In this document: piece after piece, positions 22,170-35,430 of the stretch
Layout: every line of letters begins with the position of its first letter
Numbering within the stretch: the stretch's first letter is position 1
NCBI RefSeq assembly: GCF_004010195.1
Contig: NC_057723.1
Location: 17,050,387 to 17,114,386, forward strand
Reading direction: 5' to 3'
DNA length: 64,000 bases
DNA from: Chiloscyllium plagiosum
Lineage: Eukaryota
Translations under genes and position numbers: made by a program
The notes under the pieces: generated by a model
What the model was told of the DNA's origin: nothing
Database searches by the model: none
What the model saw: the letters and a program-made list of their open reading frames with translations, nothing else

Positions 22170-23450
22170 GAGGTGACAAGGATGGAAGTAGGAAGGGTAA
22201 GGCAGCAATGGAATCAGGTATTATTATCGAGGACAAGGTAGGTGGTCATTGTGATAGACAGATTATGGGGCCTGAAAACTTGACTCCAGATCAAGCAGGA
22301 GATTGTAACCAGATTGGTTCAAATTAATGTTGGGTGATTTGATTTGATTTGATTTGATTTGATCATTGTCACATGTACTGAAATACAGTGAAAAGTATTG
22401 TTTTCTGTGCTATCTGGGCAAACCATCCCTTACATAAGTACATCTGGGTAATAGAACATAATGCAAAATATAATGTTACAGTAACAGACAAGGGGCAGAG
22501 GAAGATCAATTTTAATATATGAGAGGTCCGTCCAAACATCTGATAACAGCAGGGAAGAAGCTATTGTTGAATTTGTTGTTACGTGTTTTCAAACTTTTGT
22601 AACTTCTGCCCAATGAAAAAGTGTGGAAAAGAGTATATTCTTGATCGGATGGGCCTTTGATTATGTTGGCTGCTTTCCTGAGCCAGCAGGGAGTCATTGG
22701 ATGGAAGGCTGGTTTGCAGGGTGGACTGGGCTGTATTCATAACTCGCTGTAGTTTCTTGCAGTCTTGGGCAGAGCAGTTGCCAAACCAAGCTGTGATATA
22801 TCTGGATAGGATGCTCTCTATGGTGCATTTATAACAATAAAGAGTAATTGTGGACATGTTAAATTTCTTTAACCTTCTGAAGAAGTAGAGGTGTTAGTGT
22901 GCCTTCTTAACTGTAATCTGACAGACTTAAAATTGAGACTTAAAAGAGTAGAACAACTATAATCGATGTGAGGAAAGGATCTGTTGGGGACAGCTCATGA
23001 AGAGTCACGCTCTAGTGCCACCTTGATGAGATCCAGCAAGAGAGATGGAATTGGTGATAAGGGAAGTTTTGATGATAATTGTCTTAGTCTTTCCATCCAG
23101 GAGGGTAAGACAAATCATGAAGAAGTGGAGTTGGAAGTTGCCAATTTGTATATATTTCACTGATGTTTTTGGATTGTCAGTGGCATACAGGGGCTTTAGA
23201 AGAAATAGTGCAGCAATGAGAAGGGAAGTCATTGATGAAGATATTATAGCTGTGATTGGAAAGGTAAATTTACCACTTAATTGGACTCCCATGAAGAGAC
23301 ATTAGAGGTCAATCTTATCAAAAGCAAACAAGATGATGTTTGAGTTGAATAATGTGCCATGGTCACTGTCAGAGATGTTATTTGTGACTTTCAATAGGAG
23401 CACTTTAATGTAGTGGAGGAATGGAAACCAGATTGGAGACTTTGGAACAT
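22170..23450 (-). mobile_element. Old L2 LINE RT fragment, interrupted by Rex1
   Basis: Minus strand FQSLQSGFH..KVTNNISDSD, similar to QSGFR..HSTETAL.KVTND. Confidence 0.65.
22335..22915 (-). mobile_element. Rex1/Babar LINE 3' fragment with (AAATC)n tail
   Basis: YKCTIESILSRYITAWFGNCSAQDCKKLQRVMNTAQ..KFNNSFFPAVIR; (gattt)n at 22336-22362. Confidence 0.88.
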
Positions 23451-23684
23451 CAATCAAAATATAAATCTAATAATTATTTGTTTGATTCCAGTAGTTTTAT
23501 TTGTGGTTGGGATCCAGCATTTTACATCTCTGTCCTCTTCAATTCAAAAGGAGTTTTTGAAAAGAAAACAAAGAAACCCAGATTATAGAAGTAAACCGCA
23601 TATTGATGTAAACATGAATTGGGGTTACAATGGGTATTGTCAGGCACTTTGGTATTTAGATGGCAGAAAGTTCTAATACATGTC

Positions 23685-23820
23685 AAATATATTATTGCAT
23701 TATAATAATTTATTACTTTATTACAATCATTACATTATAATTTCTTACATGTTAATAATTTATTGCATTATAATAATTTATTGCATCAATTTAATTATTT
23801 ATTTCATTATGATTTATTTG
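23685..23820. repeat. AT-rich degenerate tandem / low-complexity repeat
   Basis: ttattgcattataataattt occurs twice, with related units around it. Confidence 0.6.
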
Positions 23821-25625
23821 CTACTTACCCTTACTGTTTAGACAGCCACATTGCCTGTTCAGCGACTATTACAATAAATGGATACCTTGGCTGTTATTCA
23901 ATGGCTGAATGACTAGAGTGACTTCATTGATGTTCTGCATATATTGGATGTGGTGTAATGCTTTTTTGTAGTTCCTAGTGAAGAATTTAGTGATTCTGTG
24001 ACCTTTCAAATCATTGCATTGCAAACTAGATTGTTTTAAATTCTGAAATGCATGTCATAAATGTTGTTTTAAATCACCCAGACCAAGACAGCTTTAGAAG
24101 AAGTATTTTATTAGTTTTAATAATATGTGCATTTACAAGGTCTCTTATAATATTGCAGTATACCAAAATGCGTCACGCATTGATTTACTTTTGAATAGTA
24201 ATGAAAGTCCTTTGTATAAAGACCTGTCATCAAAAGCAAGTGCTTTTTTTTATGCAGGATACCTGGAATGGGAATTTAAGGATTGTGACAGAATAATTCA
24301 ATTCCTTACTTTGTGGTACTATTGGGTCTTTAAAGAAATATAACGTGGCCTCAGTAAACTTCTCCATTCAAATTTATTTTGTTCCCTTTAGGTAATGAAA
24401 GAAAGTACAATTCTCGTGTGCATTGAGAAGGGATTCCCCTTTGCCTCACTTTTATCTTGCTGTAATCATCGCGCATGAATTAAAAAAAAATATTCATTCC
24501 TGCTTTGGCAGAACCTAATCTGATCAGCATTCTCTAATCCACTGCCAACATTTGCAGCAAACCAACCACAAAGACATTTCTCCTTGACACAGAGAAATGA
24601 GAATGGGAGGTATCAAGCTTTTAAGTATATGATCCAGGATATGATCAGGAGTCTGCCAGTGGAATGAGGCATTGCTTCCATTTTCTTTCTCTTAGTCAGT
24701 TCCCATACAATTCGAATTAAAATTCTAAGTACTGATGATGTGTATGTATATTACATGTATTTAATTAGGGGAGAAACTTTCAGGTAAAAGATTCTCCTGG
24801 ACAAAAATAGAGATTCTGCATTATAGCCATAATGAAGTAAAGTGATGGAAGCTGTCACAACAGTACTATCAAACAGCATTTGCTTAGCATTACCCTGTTC
24901 ACTGACACTCAGTTTTGGCTCTGCCAAGATCACTCAGATCCTGATCTTATTGTAGCCTCAGTCTGAAAATGGGCAAAGTAATGGTGAAACACCAGAGATG
25001 AGGTGAGAGTGAGAGCCCTTGATAACAAGGCAACGTTTGACTGAGTGTGACATCAAGGAGCCCTGACAAAATTAACGTCAATGGAAATCAGGGAGAAAAG
25101 TCTCTGCTGGTTGAAGTCATGTATGCACAAAGGAAGATGATTGTAGTTGTTTGAGGTCAGTCACCTCAGTTCCAGGACATCTCGCTGGGAATTCCTCAGG
25201 ATAGGTCCTTTCTAATCACCCTGTTCAGAGACACTATTCTGCACATCTGGAGCAGATAGAACTTAAACCCAGGTCTCCTGACTCAGAGGTAGAGACACTA
25301 CCACCTTACCATGCAAGCTCATAATTTCTCAAAATAGTGTCTCAGGCATAACCATCTTGAACTTCATGATCAATTACCTTTTCTCCCTCATAAAACCAGA
25401 ATTCTGGATGTGCACCAAAAACTGAACACTGCTCAGCATCATTCATAATTCCTCAGATACTGAAGCAGTCCATGACCAAATGCAATGAGACCTGAACAAT
25501 ATCCAAACTTGAGCTGATATGTGACAGATAACATTTGTCCCACACAAGTGTCATGAAATTACCATCTCCAACAAGATAGAATCGGACCAACATCCCTTGA
25601 CATGCAATAACATTACCATCACTGA

Positions 25626-26005
25626 ATGAGGGTGACCTTATCGAAGTTTATAAAATCATGAGGGGCATGGATAGGCTGAACAGTCAAGGCAGTTTTCACA
25701 GAGTAGGAGAGTCCAAAACTAAGTTTAAGATGAGGGGGAAAATATGTAAAAGGCACCTGAGGGGCAATCTTTTAGTGTAGAGGGTAGTGTATGTATGGAA
25801 TGAGCTACCAGAGGAAATGTGGAGGTGAGTACAATTACAACATTTGAAAGGCATCTGGAAGGGTGCATGAATAAGAAGGGTGGAGAGTGATATGGACCAA
25901 ATGCTGGCAAATGAGACTAAATCAGTTTAGGAATCTGATTGGTGCAGATGGGTTGGACTGAGGGGTCTATTTCCGTGCTGTATAATACTGTGAGTCTATG
26001 ACTCT
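25626..26005 (+). mobile_element. HER1-type CR1 3' fragment
   Basis: gagggtgaccttatcgaagtttataaaatcatgaggggcatggatagg..; tail gagtctatgactctat. Confidence 0.85.
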
Positions 26006-26185
26006 ATCACTATCCTGGAAATTACCATTAACTGTAAGTTGAATTAGAGTAATCTCATAAATAAAATGGATACAAAAGCAAATTAGAAGTTAGGAATCCT
26101 GGAGCAGGTAACTTACTTCTTGACTCCTGAAAACCTGTCTATCATCAACAAGACACAATTCAAGAGCGTGATGGAATACTCCCCA

Positions 26186-26316
26186 CTCATTCCTGATGAA
26201 GGGCTCCTGCCTGAAACGTTGATTTTCCTGCTCCTCGGATGCTGTGTGGCCTGCTGTGCTTTTCCACGGCCACTCTAATTCAGTCTCCTCCAGTAACTGC
26301 AGTACTTACTTTCACC
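26186..26316 (+). mobile_element. Solo Penelope-A pLTR unit (131 bp) with hammerhead core and perfect 9-bp TSD
   Basis: TACTCCCCA at 26177-26185 and 26317-26325; CTGATGA-A-GGGC-TCCT-GCCT-GAAA-CGTT at 26193-26220. Confidence 0.82.
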
Positions 26317-28635
26317 TACTCCCCATATGTCTGGTTGAGTGTAATTCCAATAAAACTCAAGAAGCTTGACACTATCCAGGAAAAAACAGCCCATTTTATT
26401 GGCATCACACCCTCAAACATTCACTCTCTCCACTCCTGACACTGAGTAGAACAAGCCTCTCTCTTTCTTATATCACCTTTCTTATATCTCATTCTCTTTC
26501 TGTCTCACTCAGTCTCTGTTAACTATTTTTTTCTGACCACTGTTTCACTGTGTCTTGTTAACTGCCTAAATTTTTCTCCTTGCCTGTTTTTTTCTGTACT
26601 GCTAATTAAGAGACATACCGATCTGTTAATCATTTCATTTTCAAAGGCTTAATAACTGAAGTCAGTGAACAGAGAACTAGTATATAGGGAAGTTTCTTTA
26701 TTGACACATCTTGTTACACGGATTGATTCCCAATATATTAAAATCAACTTTGATTAGCTCTATTTAATGGGGATTGTCTGATAAATGAGATGGTTACATT
26801 TCTACCAATGGTCTCAATTAATATTCTTCAAGTGTGTTTAACAGTATTTTGTGAAATAACGATTGCTTTTAATAGCATTAATTGTTTTTCACCTGCTTCC
26901 TTTGAGCATATTTTTCTGCCATATTCCTCTCATTGGTTTGATCATTTTAACAATTTGGGTACAGCATTCTATTCTGTGAGCAGTCTGCATGAAATCTAGA
27001 CCTTGGTTCATTATCTGGTGGTGTGTCACACTGAGCTGATTTCAAGGCAGTTTTTTTTCTCAAAGGTGGTTTGCCACTTGGGGCAGGGAAGGAGGTCAGT
27101 CTCAAGGGTACCTCAGTTGGAATAGAATACAACCTGCATTATTGGCAGTGTTCTGAACAACCAACTGTCTTCTCGTCAATTGAGCTAATGGTGCATCCTG
27201 TTAATGTAAAAGTAAACAGACCTACTTTTAGGAAATATGAAAGAATCATAAGCCATGCTTTCTCACAAGACACTATGTCTTAGGTTTTGAATTTCCCATT
27301 AGACACAAGACTAATCATCCATATTTCCAGAAATTGTGTAACCATGATTTCCACTGAATTCCTGATCAATGAACATCAGCTCATTTCTGTAATGGGTGAC
27401 TGATTCTCAATGTGATTTTGTGTCTTGGCGGCAAGTTGCAGACCTGTTGTGACAGAAAATAAAGGACCAATATCAGAGTAAAACAGTTGCAGAATAAACA
27501 AGCAATGTGTGACAGTGTAGCACCAAAACAATGGATGTCTTGACATTTTGATGAGTAGTTCACTTTCTTGTCCTATTTGGTACTGTCAATGTACTTTCAT
27601 TTTGACTCAAGGCACCTGAATTGAATATTAGCTGTACAGGTAAGGATAATTTTAATCCTATCTACCTTTCCAGGAATTAGACTTGTGGGCAGTCAAAATC
27701 ACGAATGTTACTTGGCTGCCCTAGTGCCATCAATTTTCCACAATATTAACTTGCTCATTTGAGCAGGTTGTAAAGAGTTCTGTCCAAAGCTGTGGGTGTC
27801 CTTTTAAACCTATATATGTTGGGCTCCTGATGACATCATCAAGATCCCCCTGCAATGTTTATTGGACAGTCCAAAATATTTCTCGATGCCAATCCATCAA
27901 CACAATGGCTTGACATTAGAAGAGGCCGAAAGGTGTAGCTTTTAAATGTTTTACTTTCCCTATGGAGCTAGAAAGAGTGGAAGTGGCACACCAGAGCTCA
28001 CAGGAAAGCAGTATAATCTGTCACAATTTCTAGCCTAATCATCTCTCCTTTTGCCCCCTCATTGCTGTGTGATTCTGAGCATTTTCTTTTTCACACTCAA
28101 TTCATGCCACAAGCACAACAGCTGTGGGATTATGGGATGTGTATCACGTTCCCTATGAACACAGTGCTTCACAAACAGAGTGCAGGAATTTGTTGTTATA
28201 AAAATATTTAATTGCTAAATGAGTTAGAGCTCCATTGCATTTTGATGATTAACCTTTAACCTTTGTCGAAATGCATTTGGGGATTTATTGTTCAGCATGC
28301 AACCAAGTCATGACATTTATCTTCCAATTATCATCCTGTCCTTTTCTTTTTAACAAAAGCATCAGCTGATTTTGTTGTCAATTTTATGTTTATTACAGAG
28401 CCTAATGCGGTATGGAAGAGAAATAGTTAACAAGGAGATTTGGATTGTACTGCAATTTGTTTCGAAGGACAATCGCTTGGCTTTCAGAACGGGGCACCCA
28501 CTGCTCCCGATCTAAAGTCCCAGATTGAAGACGTTAGGCTGAAGAGTTTCCTAGAGGAAGAGGTGCTCAGAAAGAGCATGTGGTGTTCACAAAATCGAAT
28601 ATTACAATCTGAACTGCATACAGAAAAAGCAAACC

Positions 28636-28848
28636 AGTAGTCAGTTCCTCCATAATGTGATGGTTGCGTTCTTGTGCAAACCCCGCATTATAGAAAAATT
28701 GCACTTCAGAAACAGCACTTAAACATCACCTTACACAGCCAACACAAGTTTTAAAAGTTCACACTGTAGAAACAGCGTCCCAAATTCATCAATTGTATTA
28801 CAGTGAATTTGAGTTGACAAAACGCCTATTATATCAGAACAACCTGTA
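28636..28848. mobile_element. Tigger-like MITE
   Basis: Right end attatatcagaacaacctg-TA; decayed left counterpart cagt..gttcctccataatg. Confidence 0.5.
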
Positions 28849-29284
28849 CTGAGAATTTGAGGATGGGGTGAAAAACAACTAGGCAAACACAGAGTTGTCT
28901 AATAAATAATTTCCATCACTTCATTTTCTTGGTGGAATGTCGAGATGAAATTGCTTGACTTCTTAGATTGGAAAAGGCTATTCAGCCCATTGGAACACCT
29001 CCACCTGCATTTTGAATGTCTCTTGGAATGATAACTTAATACGTTTCCTCATATTTGATGATCTTTGTACAAAAAATCCTTTTTAATAAAGGAACATAGG
29101 AATATAAGAAGAGGAGTAAGTCATTCAGTCTCTTAAGCCTGTTCCCCATCATTCGTTGAGATCCTGGCTGATCTGTGGCCTTACTCCATAGCCACCTTTG
29201 GGTCATGTCCCTAAATAATTTTGCTTAGCAAAAATATATCTATCTCAGAGTTAAAATAAACAACTGATCAATCATCCACTGCCA

Positions 29285-29750
29285 TAAAAATGTAAATATT
29301 ACTGAAGAAACTCAGCAGGTCTGGCAGCATTTGTGGAGTGCAAGAAAAGTTAATGTTTCGGGTCCAGTGACCCTTCTACAGAACTGCTGCTGGCTAGGAA
29401 ATGGTGGCATATATGCTGAAGTCAGAGAAATGACGGTTGAGTGGGAAAGGAGTAAACAATAGTTGAAGATGGAGTCCAGAGGGAAAGAAAAACAGTGGAG
29501 CAGACAAAGGAATGGATAATGGTTATCCAGGGAGAAACAAGGGCTATTGTTTATTTCTTCAACTCCCCCTCCTTTCACCCTGTCTTTAGCATAAATACTA
29601 CCTTTCTCTAGCTACAGTTCTGTGAAAGCATCCCTTGACCTGAAACATTAACTTTGCCTTCTCTCCATAGATGCTGCAGATTTGCTTAGTTTCTCCAGTA
29701 GTTTCTGCTTTTGTTTCAGATTCCCATCATCTGTAGTTCTTTGTTTTATT
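29285..29750. mobile_element. Decayed palindromic Penelope-like unit inside a minus-strand CR1 3' fragment (29090-29910)
   Basis: gaagaaactcagcaggtctggcagcat ... atgctgcagatttgcttagtttctccag inverted arms. Confidence 0.65.
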
Positions 29751-29911
29751 CCAGCATCCCACAGCCATTTGTGGGATAAATTCCAAACATTTGTCAATCT
29801 TTGTGTTTGGATGTGCTTCCTAACATCTCTCCTGAGTGGTCCTGACCTAAATCTCAGACTATGTCCCTTCATTCTAGAATCTTCACCCAGAGGTAATAGA
29901 ATATCTATTCT

Positions 29912-30782
29912 AGCAGGAATAAAGGGAGAACTAGCCATTTGGATACAGAATTGGCTCAAAAGTAGAAGGCAGAGGGTGGTGGTGGAGGGTTGTTTTTCAG
30001 ACTGGAGGCCTGTGACCAGTGGAGTGCCACAAGGATCGGTGCTGGGTCCTCTAATTTTTGTCCTCAAAAATGACNNNNNNNNNNNNNNNNNNNNNNNNNN
30101 NNNNNNNNNNNNNNNNNNNNNNNNNNNNNNNNNNNNNNNNNNNNNNNNNNNNNNNNNNNNNNNNNNNNNNNNNNNNNNNNNNNNNNNNNNNNNNNNNNNN
30201 NNNNNNNNNNNNNNNNNNNNNNNNNNNNNNNNNNNNNNNNNNNNNNNNNNNNNNNNNNNNNNNNNNNNNNNNNNNNNNNNNNNNNNNNNNNNNNNNNNNN
30301 NNNNNNNNNNNNNNNNNNNNNNNNNNNNNNNNNNNNNNNNNNNNNNNNNNNNNNNNNNNNNNNNNNNNNNNNNNNNNNNNNNNNNNNNNNNNNNNNNNNN
30401 NNNNNNNNNNNNNNNNNNNNNNNNNNNNNNNNNNNNNNNNNNNNNNNNNNNNNNNNNNNNNNNNNNNNNNNNNNNNNNNNNNNNNNNNNNNNNNNNNNNN
30501 NNNNNNNNNNNNNNNNNNNNNNNNNNNNNNNNNNNNNNNNNNNNNNNNNNNNNNNNNNNNNNNNNNNNNNNNNNNNNNNNNNNNNNNNNNNNNNNNNNNN
30601 NNNNNNNNNNNNNNNNNNNNAAGAGGCATTTGGATGGGTATATGAATAGGAAGGGTTTGGAGGGATATGGGCCGGGTGTTGGCAGGTGGGACTAGATTGG
30701 GTTGGGATATCTGATCGGCATGGACAGGTTGGACCGAAGGGTCTGTTTCCATGTTGTACATCTCTATGACTCTATGATTCTA
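29912..30782 (+). mobile_element. HER1-type CR1 fragment spanning a gap
   Basis: GELAIWIQNWLKSRRQRVVVEGCFSDWRPVTSGVPQGSVLGP ... KRHLDGYMN; (ctatgact) tail. Confidence 0.92.
30075..30620. other. Assembly gap (546 N)
   Basis: N run inside a young CR1. Confidence 1.
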
Positions 30783-33309
30783 AATCACCAATTTATACTA
30801 ATGATCTTTTTCTGTATTTTATGTCTAGTCTAAGTACTATGTGTAGGATTTATTTTACAAAACCAGTTTAATGTTTTCTCTACTTTAACAATGGAAACAG
30901 ACTGAAAGATCAGTTGGAAGCATATGTTTGATGCAGCGTATTGACATTATGCCTTAACTTTAATATTGAGAGATAAATTCCAATGACACCTTATGATTAT
31001 GATTGACAATTTGTCGCGAATTACAGATAGTTATCTGCTGTGAGCTTATATTTATTAAGAACCAGTTGACACTGGCATCACCTCAATTTGCATTAGAGAC
31101 TTCGAGATATTTTCATAATAGCAAAAGTAGTAGTTGCTGGGATTCTCAAATGAAAATCCAAATTTCAGGAAACATAGTGGATCAGAAGTGATATGTGTAG
31201 AGAGTGAAGCAGATTTCATAATGGCCAGTAATGTTAACTGCAGCTTTCTTTTTACAGAGATATTTATGTTCTGTCAATCTGTGTTGGAAGCAAGTACTGC
31301 TCTCTCAGAATGAATGGAAAACATTTTAACAGATTATGCTTTCAGTTCCTCACAAGCTTTCTTTTACTCCTTCTCATACAATGCTATACCAATAATTGGT
31401 CAACCTTTTGCTCCACTGATGTTCACTTCACAAGTCTGATATTAACAGATTATCCATCTTCAACATATCTGGGCTCAAGAACAGTTGTTCTCATTTAAGT
31501 ATTGGATCAATACTTCTACTATAAATATTAAAGGCAAATTGCTTTTTTGGGAGAGATAGGAGAAATTAACAATTTCAAGGTATAGTTCTAAAAATGATGC
31601 TGCTTTGAAAGTTGCCAGTCATGTGATACTCTTGACAGAGAGTATAGTAGTGTGATTTGTTCCTTTAGTTTTCTTCCTTTGCCACTGGTGACATTGACCT
31701 ATGTGGTTCTACTGGCAAGAATGTTTTCTTATATGTTATCTTTATAACAATTCTTTATGTCAGAGCTTAGCAGGCTAGTCCCTTGCTCTTATCTGGAAGA
31801 ATAAACAGGAATTTCAGGAAAGCATGTAGAAAATGCAAACAACTTTATCCTGACAAATATTCTGTAACTCCAGTGTGCAATTAGAATGGACTTCAAATGG
31901 TTCTACAATGAATACCCTGACCATGGCTATTAACAATGCTGATAAAACTGGAAAGAAAGCCCTGCCTGCGCAGAAAAGCCAAAATAAAAAGAGAAACTCT
32001 GGACCTATTCAAAGCTCCTGTCAAAGATCTGAAGAGTATGCAGTCAGGATAATAATAGTAACCTGCTTTGTTTGGAGTTTTATGTTAATACTGTAGAATC
32101 ACAGCCACAGACGAATACTGGGGCTACTCCCTGAAGATGTTACCAAGTGGCTAGGAGTTAATAGAGGTACCTTTGTGGTTACAGTTGTAGCAGCAGCAGT
32201 TCTATTTCCATGATTAACCTAGAAAGGCCTCAGAAATAATTTACATGGTGATAGATGATTTTTATTCTGAGACATAATTTATAAAGTGCCTGGATATCCC
32301 ATTTTACATATAAATCTAATTAAAACACCTACAAACACTTTTGAAGCAATCATGAACTTAACCAAAAAATGAATATTTACTCTAACACTTGCACTTAAGT
32401 CTGCCCTGTGACCTCTTGAATGAATTAATTGTGACTCGTGATCAATTAATAATTGATGTTTGTGTTTGAGATGTAAATTACATTGACACATTACCATAGA
32501 AACCATGTAACCTTAAATCTCCCATCTTTGAAACCGCCAAAAAACATCATAGTTATAAAAAAAGTGTTGATTCCTATTCCTGTTGGTGTTTTGATACCCT
32601 TAACCTTCTCCAATTTAGCCCTATTTTACATACTTTGGGACATCCCTGTGATGTGCCAGGCAACTGAAGCATGATAGTGCAGGGGGAAACATCATGCCTT
32701 GGAACAGGAAGTCTTTCATGTGATTACTCAATTATTTAACAGGAAAGATAGAAGAAAACATTGACATAACCCGTGCTCTCTCCCCTATTATAAACAAAAT
32801 AATAGATTAGGTTCTAAAATCCTTAAGGGGCCAAGCAGGAAAAGTAGCAATATGCCTGGATAATTACAGGGAATGGGATGCACATGATGGAGTGGAATAA
32901 CAATCTGCTATACTTTGGGCCCGCAATTCCAATAATCTATTTTGCAGAGGAAATGTATTTGTCTATCTCATGCCTGTTACTTTGGTAGGTCTTGGGGAGT
33001 TTTCAGATGGATAGGGGAGGACGGGTGTCCTTCCAGCAACAACCAGTGACTCCTCAGTGATGTTGCTCAGCACGACTTTTGCCCTCTGGATATTGAGCCC
33101 AGGGAGACAACAGTGACTGATCTCCTCACTACTACCTAACTGACATGGGCAGAATGGGGGAGAATGTGAGTCTACTCAAATGGAAAACCAGAACGCACCA
33201 CAATATTTCAAGCATCTTTCACAGAGTGGCAAAGGATCTTTGAGACGACGTGAAATTTGTGAGTGCTCAATCCATTAACGCAGAACATTAGCTTGCCATT
33301 TCCCTGTGA

Positions 33310-33612
33310 TGCTTTGGTTGTGGGTTCAAATCCTATGATGGAAGGTAGTAATGTTCAAATTCAATAAGAATATGGAATTAAAAGTTAGTTTGATGATCAC
33401 AATGCAATCATTGTTGTTTAAAAAATATCTGCTTAACTTTAGAACATTTAGAGAAGGAAATCTGTTGTTCTTACTTGGTCAGGTCCAGATCCACAGCAAT
33501 ATGGTTAACTCTTAATGGCCAGGTAAATGGCCCGAGCAAGCTACTCTGTTCAAGGGTCAATTATGGTCAATAAATGTTGACCTAGCCAGTGACACCACAT
33601 CCCAAAAATATA
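33310..33612 (+). mobile_element. tRNA-head SINE (same family as 14465)
   Basis: gggttcaaatcc B-box; ccagatccacagcaatatggttaactcttaa; aataaatgttgacctagccagtgacaccacatccc. Confidence 0.7.
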
Positions 33613-34449
33613 AGGTATGATTATGGCTGATCTCATCTCAGCCTCAATTCCAATTTCCTGCCTGCTTTCCATAATCATCCAATTTCTTACTAATTCAAAA
33701 TCTGTCTCTTCCTTGCATTTACTCAATGTCAACATTTAGGAATGAACAAATAACTCAACCGTGTATCTACAATCTGCCTCCAGCATTAAGGTCCTTCGAT
33801 ATTTATTACTGATAGGGCACCAAATATTTTACTGAGTTGACAGACAACTCAAAATCTAACCCCATCAATGACAATGAAGTGTTTTGAATAGAACAAGTAA
33901 TTCATATCATTGAGGTGGAATGCAACTTCACAAGCTGCTTTAATCAGGGATACTGTGCAGTATTTATGAACTTCAGACAGAGCAGAAAATAATTTTATGG
34001 AGACTGAATGGAGAAGCACAATCTGTCTCAGTCACTAATACAGTGCAAGGCTCCTTGTGGCATCTCCAAATAAGTTTGCCATCGATTACAGAAAAAGATT
34101 ATGGATTGCAGAACATTTCATCCAACCTTATGCTATTAATCACAAAATATCAAATCCTCATTACACCACACAACTAATTGTCTCATATATTAAAGAACTG
34201 TCTACTTTTGAGACTTAATTACAAATGAGCTGTTCATTATTTGTAAGTAATGCAAATCAAAGGGTTTGATTCTAATGGTGACATATGGGAAAAGCTGGAT
34301 ATATTTCATTAGAATTTGCATTGTGAAGCTTCTGATTTTTTGGGGTATAATGTTATATAACTTAAAGATCTCTCCAGCATCAAATATATCCTATTGAGAG
34401 CAAGGAATGTTCGCTGTTGGCCAGGACAGAAACACGGTATTTCTTTGGG

Positions 34450-35430
34450 TAAAAACAAAGACTGCAGATGCTGGAAACCAGAGTCTCGATTAGAGTGGTG
34501 CTGGAAAAGCACAGCAGGTCAGGCAGCATCCGAGGAGCAGGAAAATCAAAGCTTTCGGCAAAAGCCCCTCGTCAGGAATAGAGGCAGGGTACCTGCAGGG
34601 TGGAGAGATAAATGAGAGGTGAGGGTGGTGCTGAGTTGGAAGGTTGGAGCTGAGGTGAGGTGGGGGAAGGGGAAATTATGAAACTAGTGAAATCCACATT
34701 GGTGCCATGGGGTTGAAGTGTTCCGAGGTGGAAGATGAAGCATTCTTCCTCCAGGCGTTGGGTGGTGAGGGAGCGGCGGTGGAGGTAGCCCAGGACCTGC
34801 ATGTCCTCAGCAGAGTGGGAGGGGGAGTTGAAATGTTGGGCCACAGGGTGGTGGGGTTGATTGGTGTGGGTGTCCCGGAGATGTTCCCTAAAGCGCTCTG
34901 CTAGGAGGTGTCCAGTCTCCCCAACGTAGAGGAGACCGTATCAGGAGAAACAGATACAATAAATGATATTGGTGGATTGTGCAGGTAAAACTTGATGGAT
35001 GTGGAAGGCTCCTTTGGGACCTTGGATGGAGGTGAGGGATGAGGTGTGGGCGCAGGTTTTGCAATTCCTGCGGTGCAGGGCAGAGGTTTTGCAATCCCTG
35101 CGGGGCAGGGCAGGGTGCCAGGAAGGGAGGGTGGGTTGTTGGGGGGCGTGGACTTGACCAGGTAGTCACAGAGGGAACAGTCTTTGCGGAAAACGGAAAT
35201 GGGTGGGGAGGGAAATATATCCCTAGTGGTGGGGTCTGTTTGGAGGTGCCGGAAATGTTGTCAGATGATGTGGTTTATGCGAAGGTTGGTAGGGTTGGAG
35301 GTGAGCACCAGGGGGGTTCTGTCCTTGTTACAGTTGGAGGGGTGAAGTTTGAGGACAGAAGAGCGGGATGTGGACGAGATGCATTGGAGGGCATCTTTAA
35401 CCATGTGGGAAGGGAAATTGCGGTCTCCCC
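34450..35430 (-). mobile_element. Penelope family-A 3' fragment (GIY-YIG region + pLTR), with an internal 30-bp tandem duplication
   Basis: AQHFNSPSHSAEDMQVLG..RLEEECFIFHLGTLQPHGTNVDF; duplication at ~35048-35110. Confidence 0.9.

Larger units (their letters stand above)
24830..26450 (+). mobile_element. Decayed CR1-clade RT with nested insertions
   Basis: RT-domain-like DNA (catcaaggagccctgacaaaatt..atggaaatcaggg; atggaatactcccca). Confidence 0.7.

Noticed and set aside
28150-28180. V(D)J recombination signal (CACAGTG) and Ig octamer promoters
   Set aside because: No nonamer at 12 or 23 bp spacing and no V/J segments anywhere in the window.
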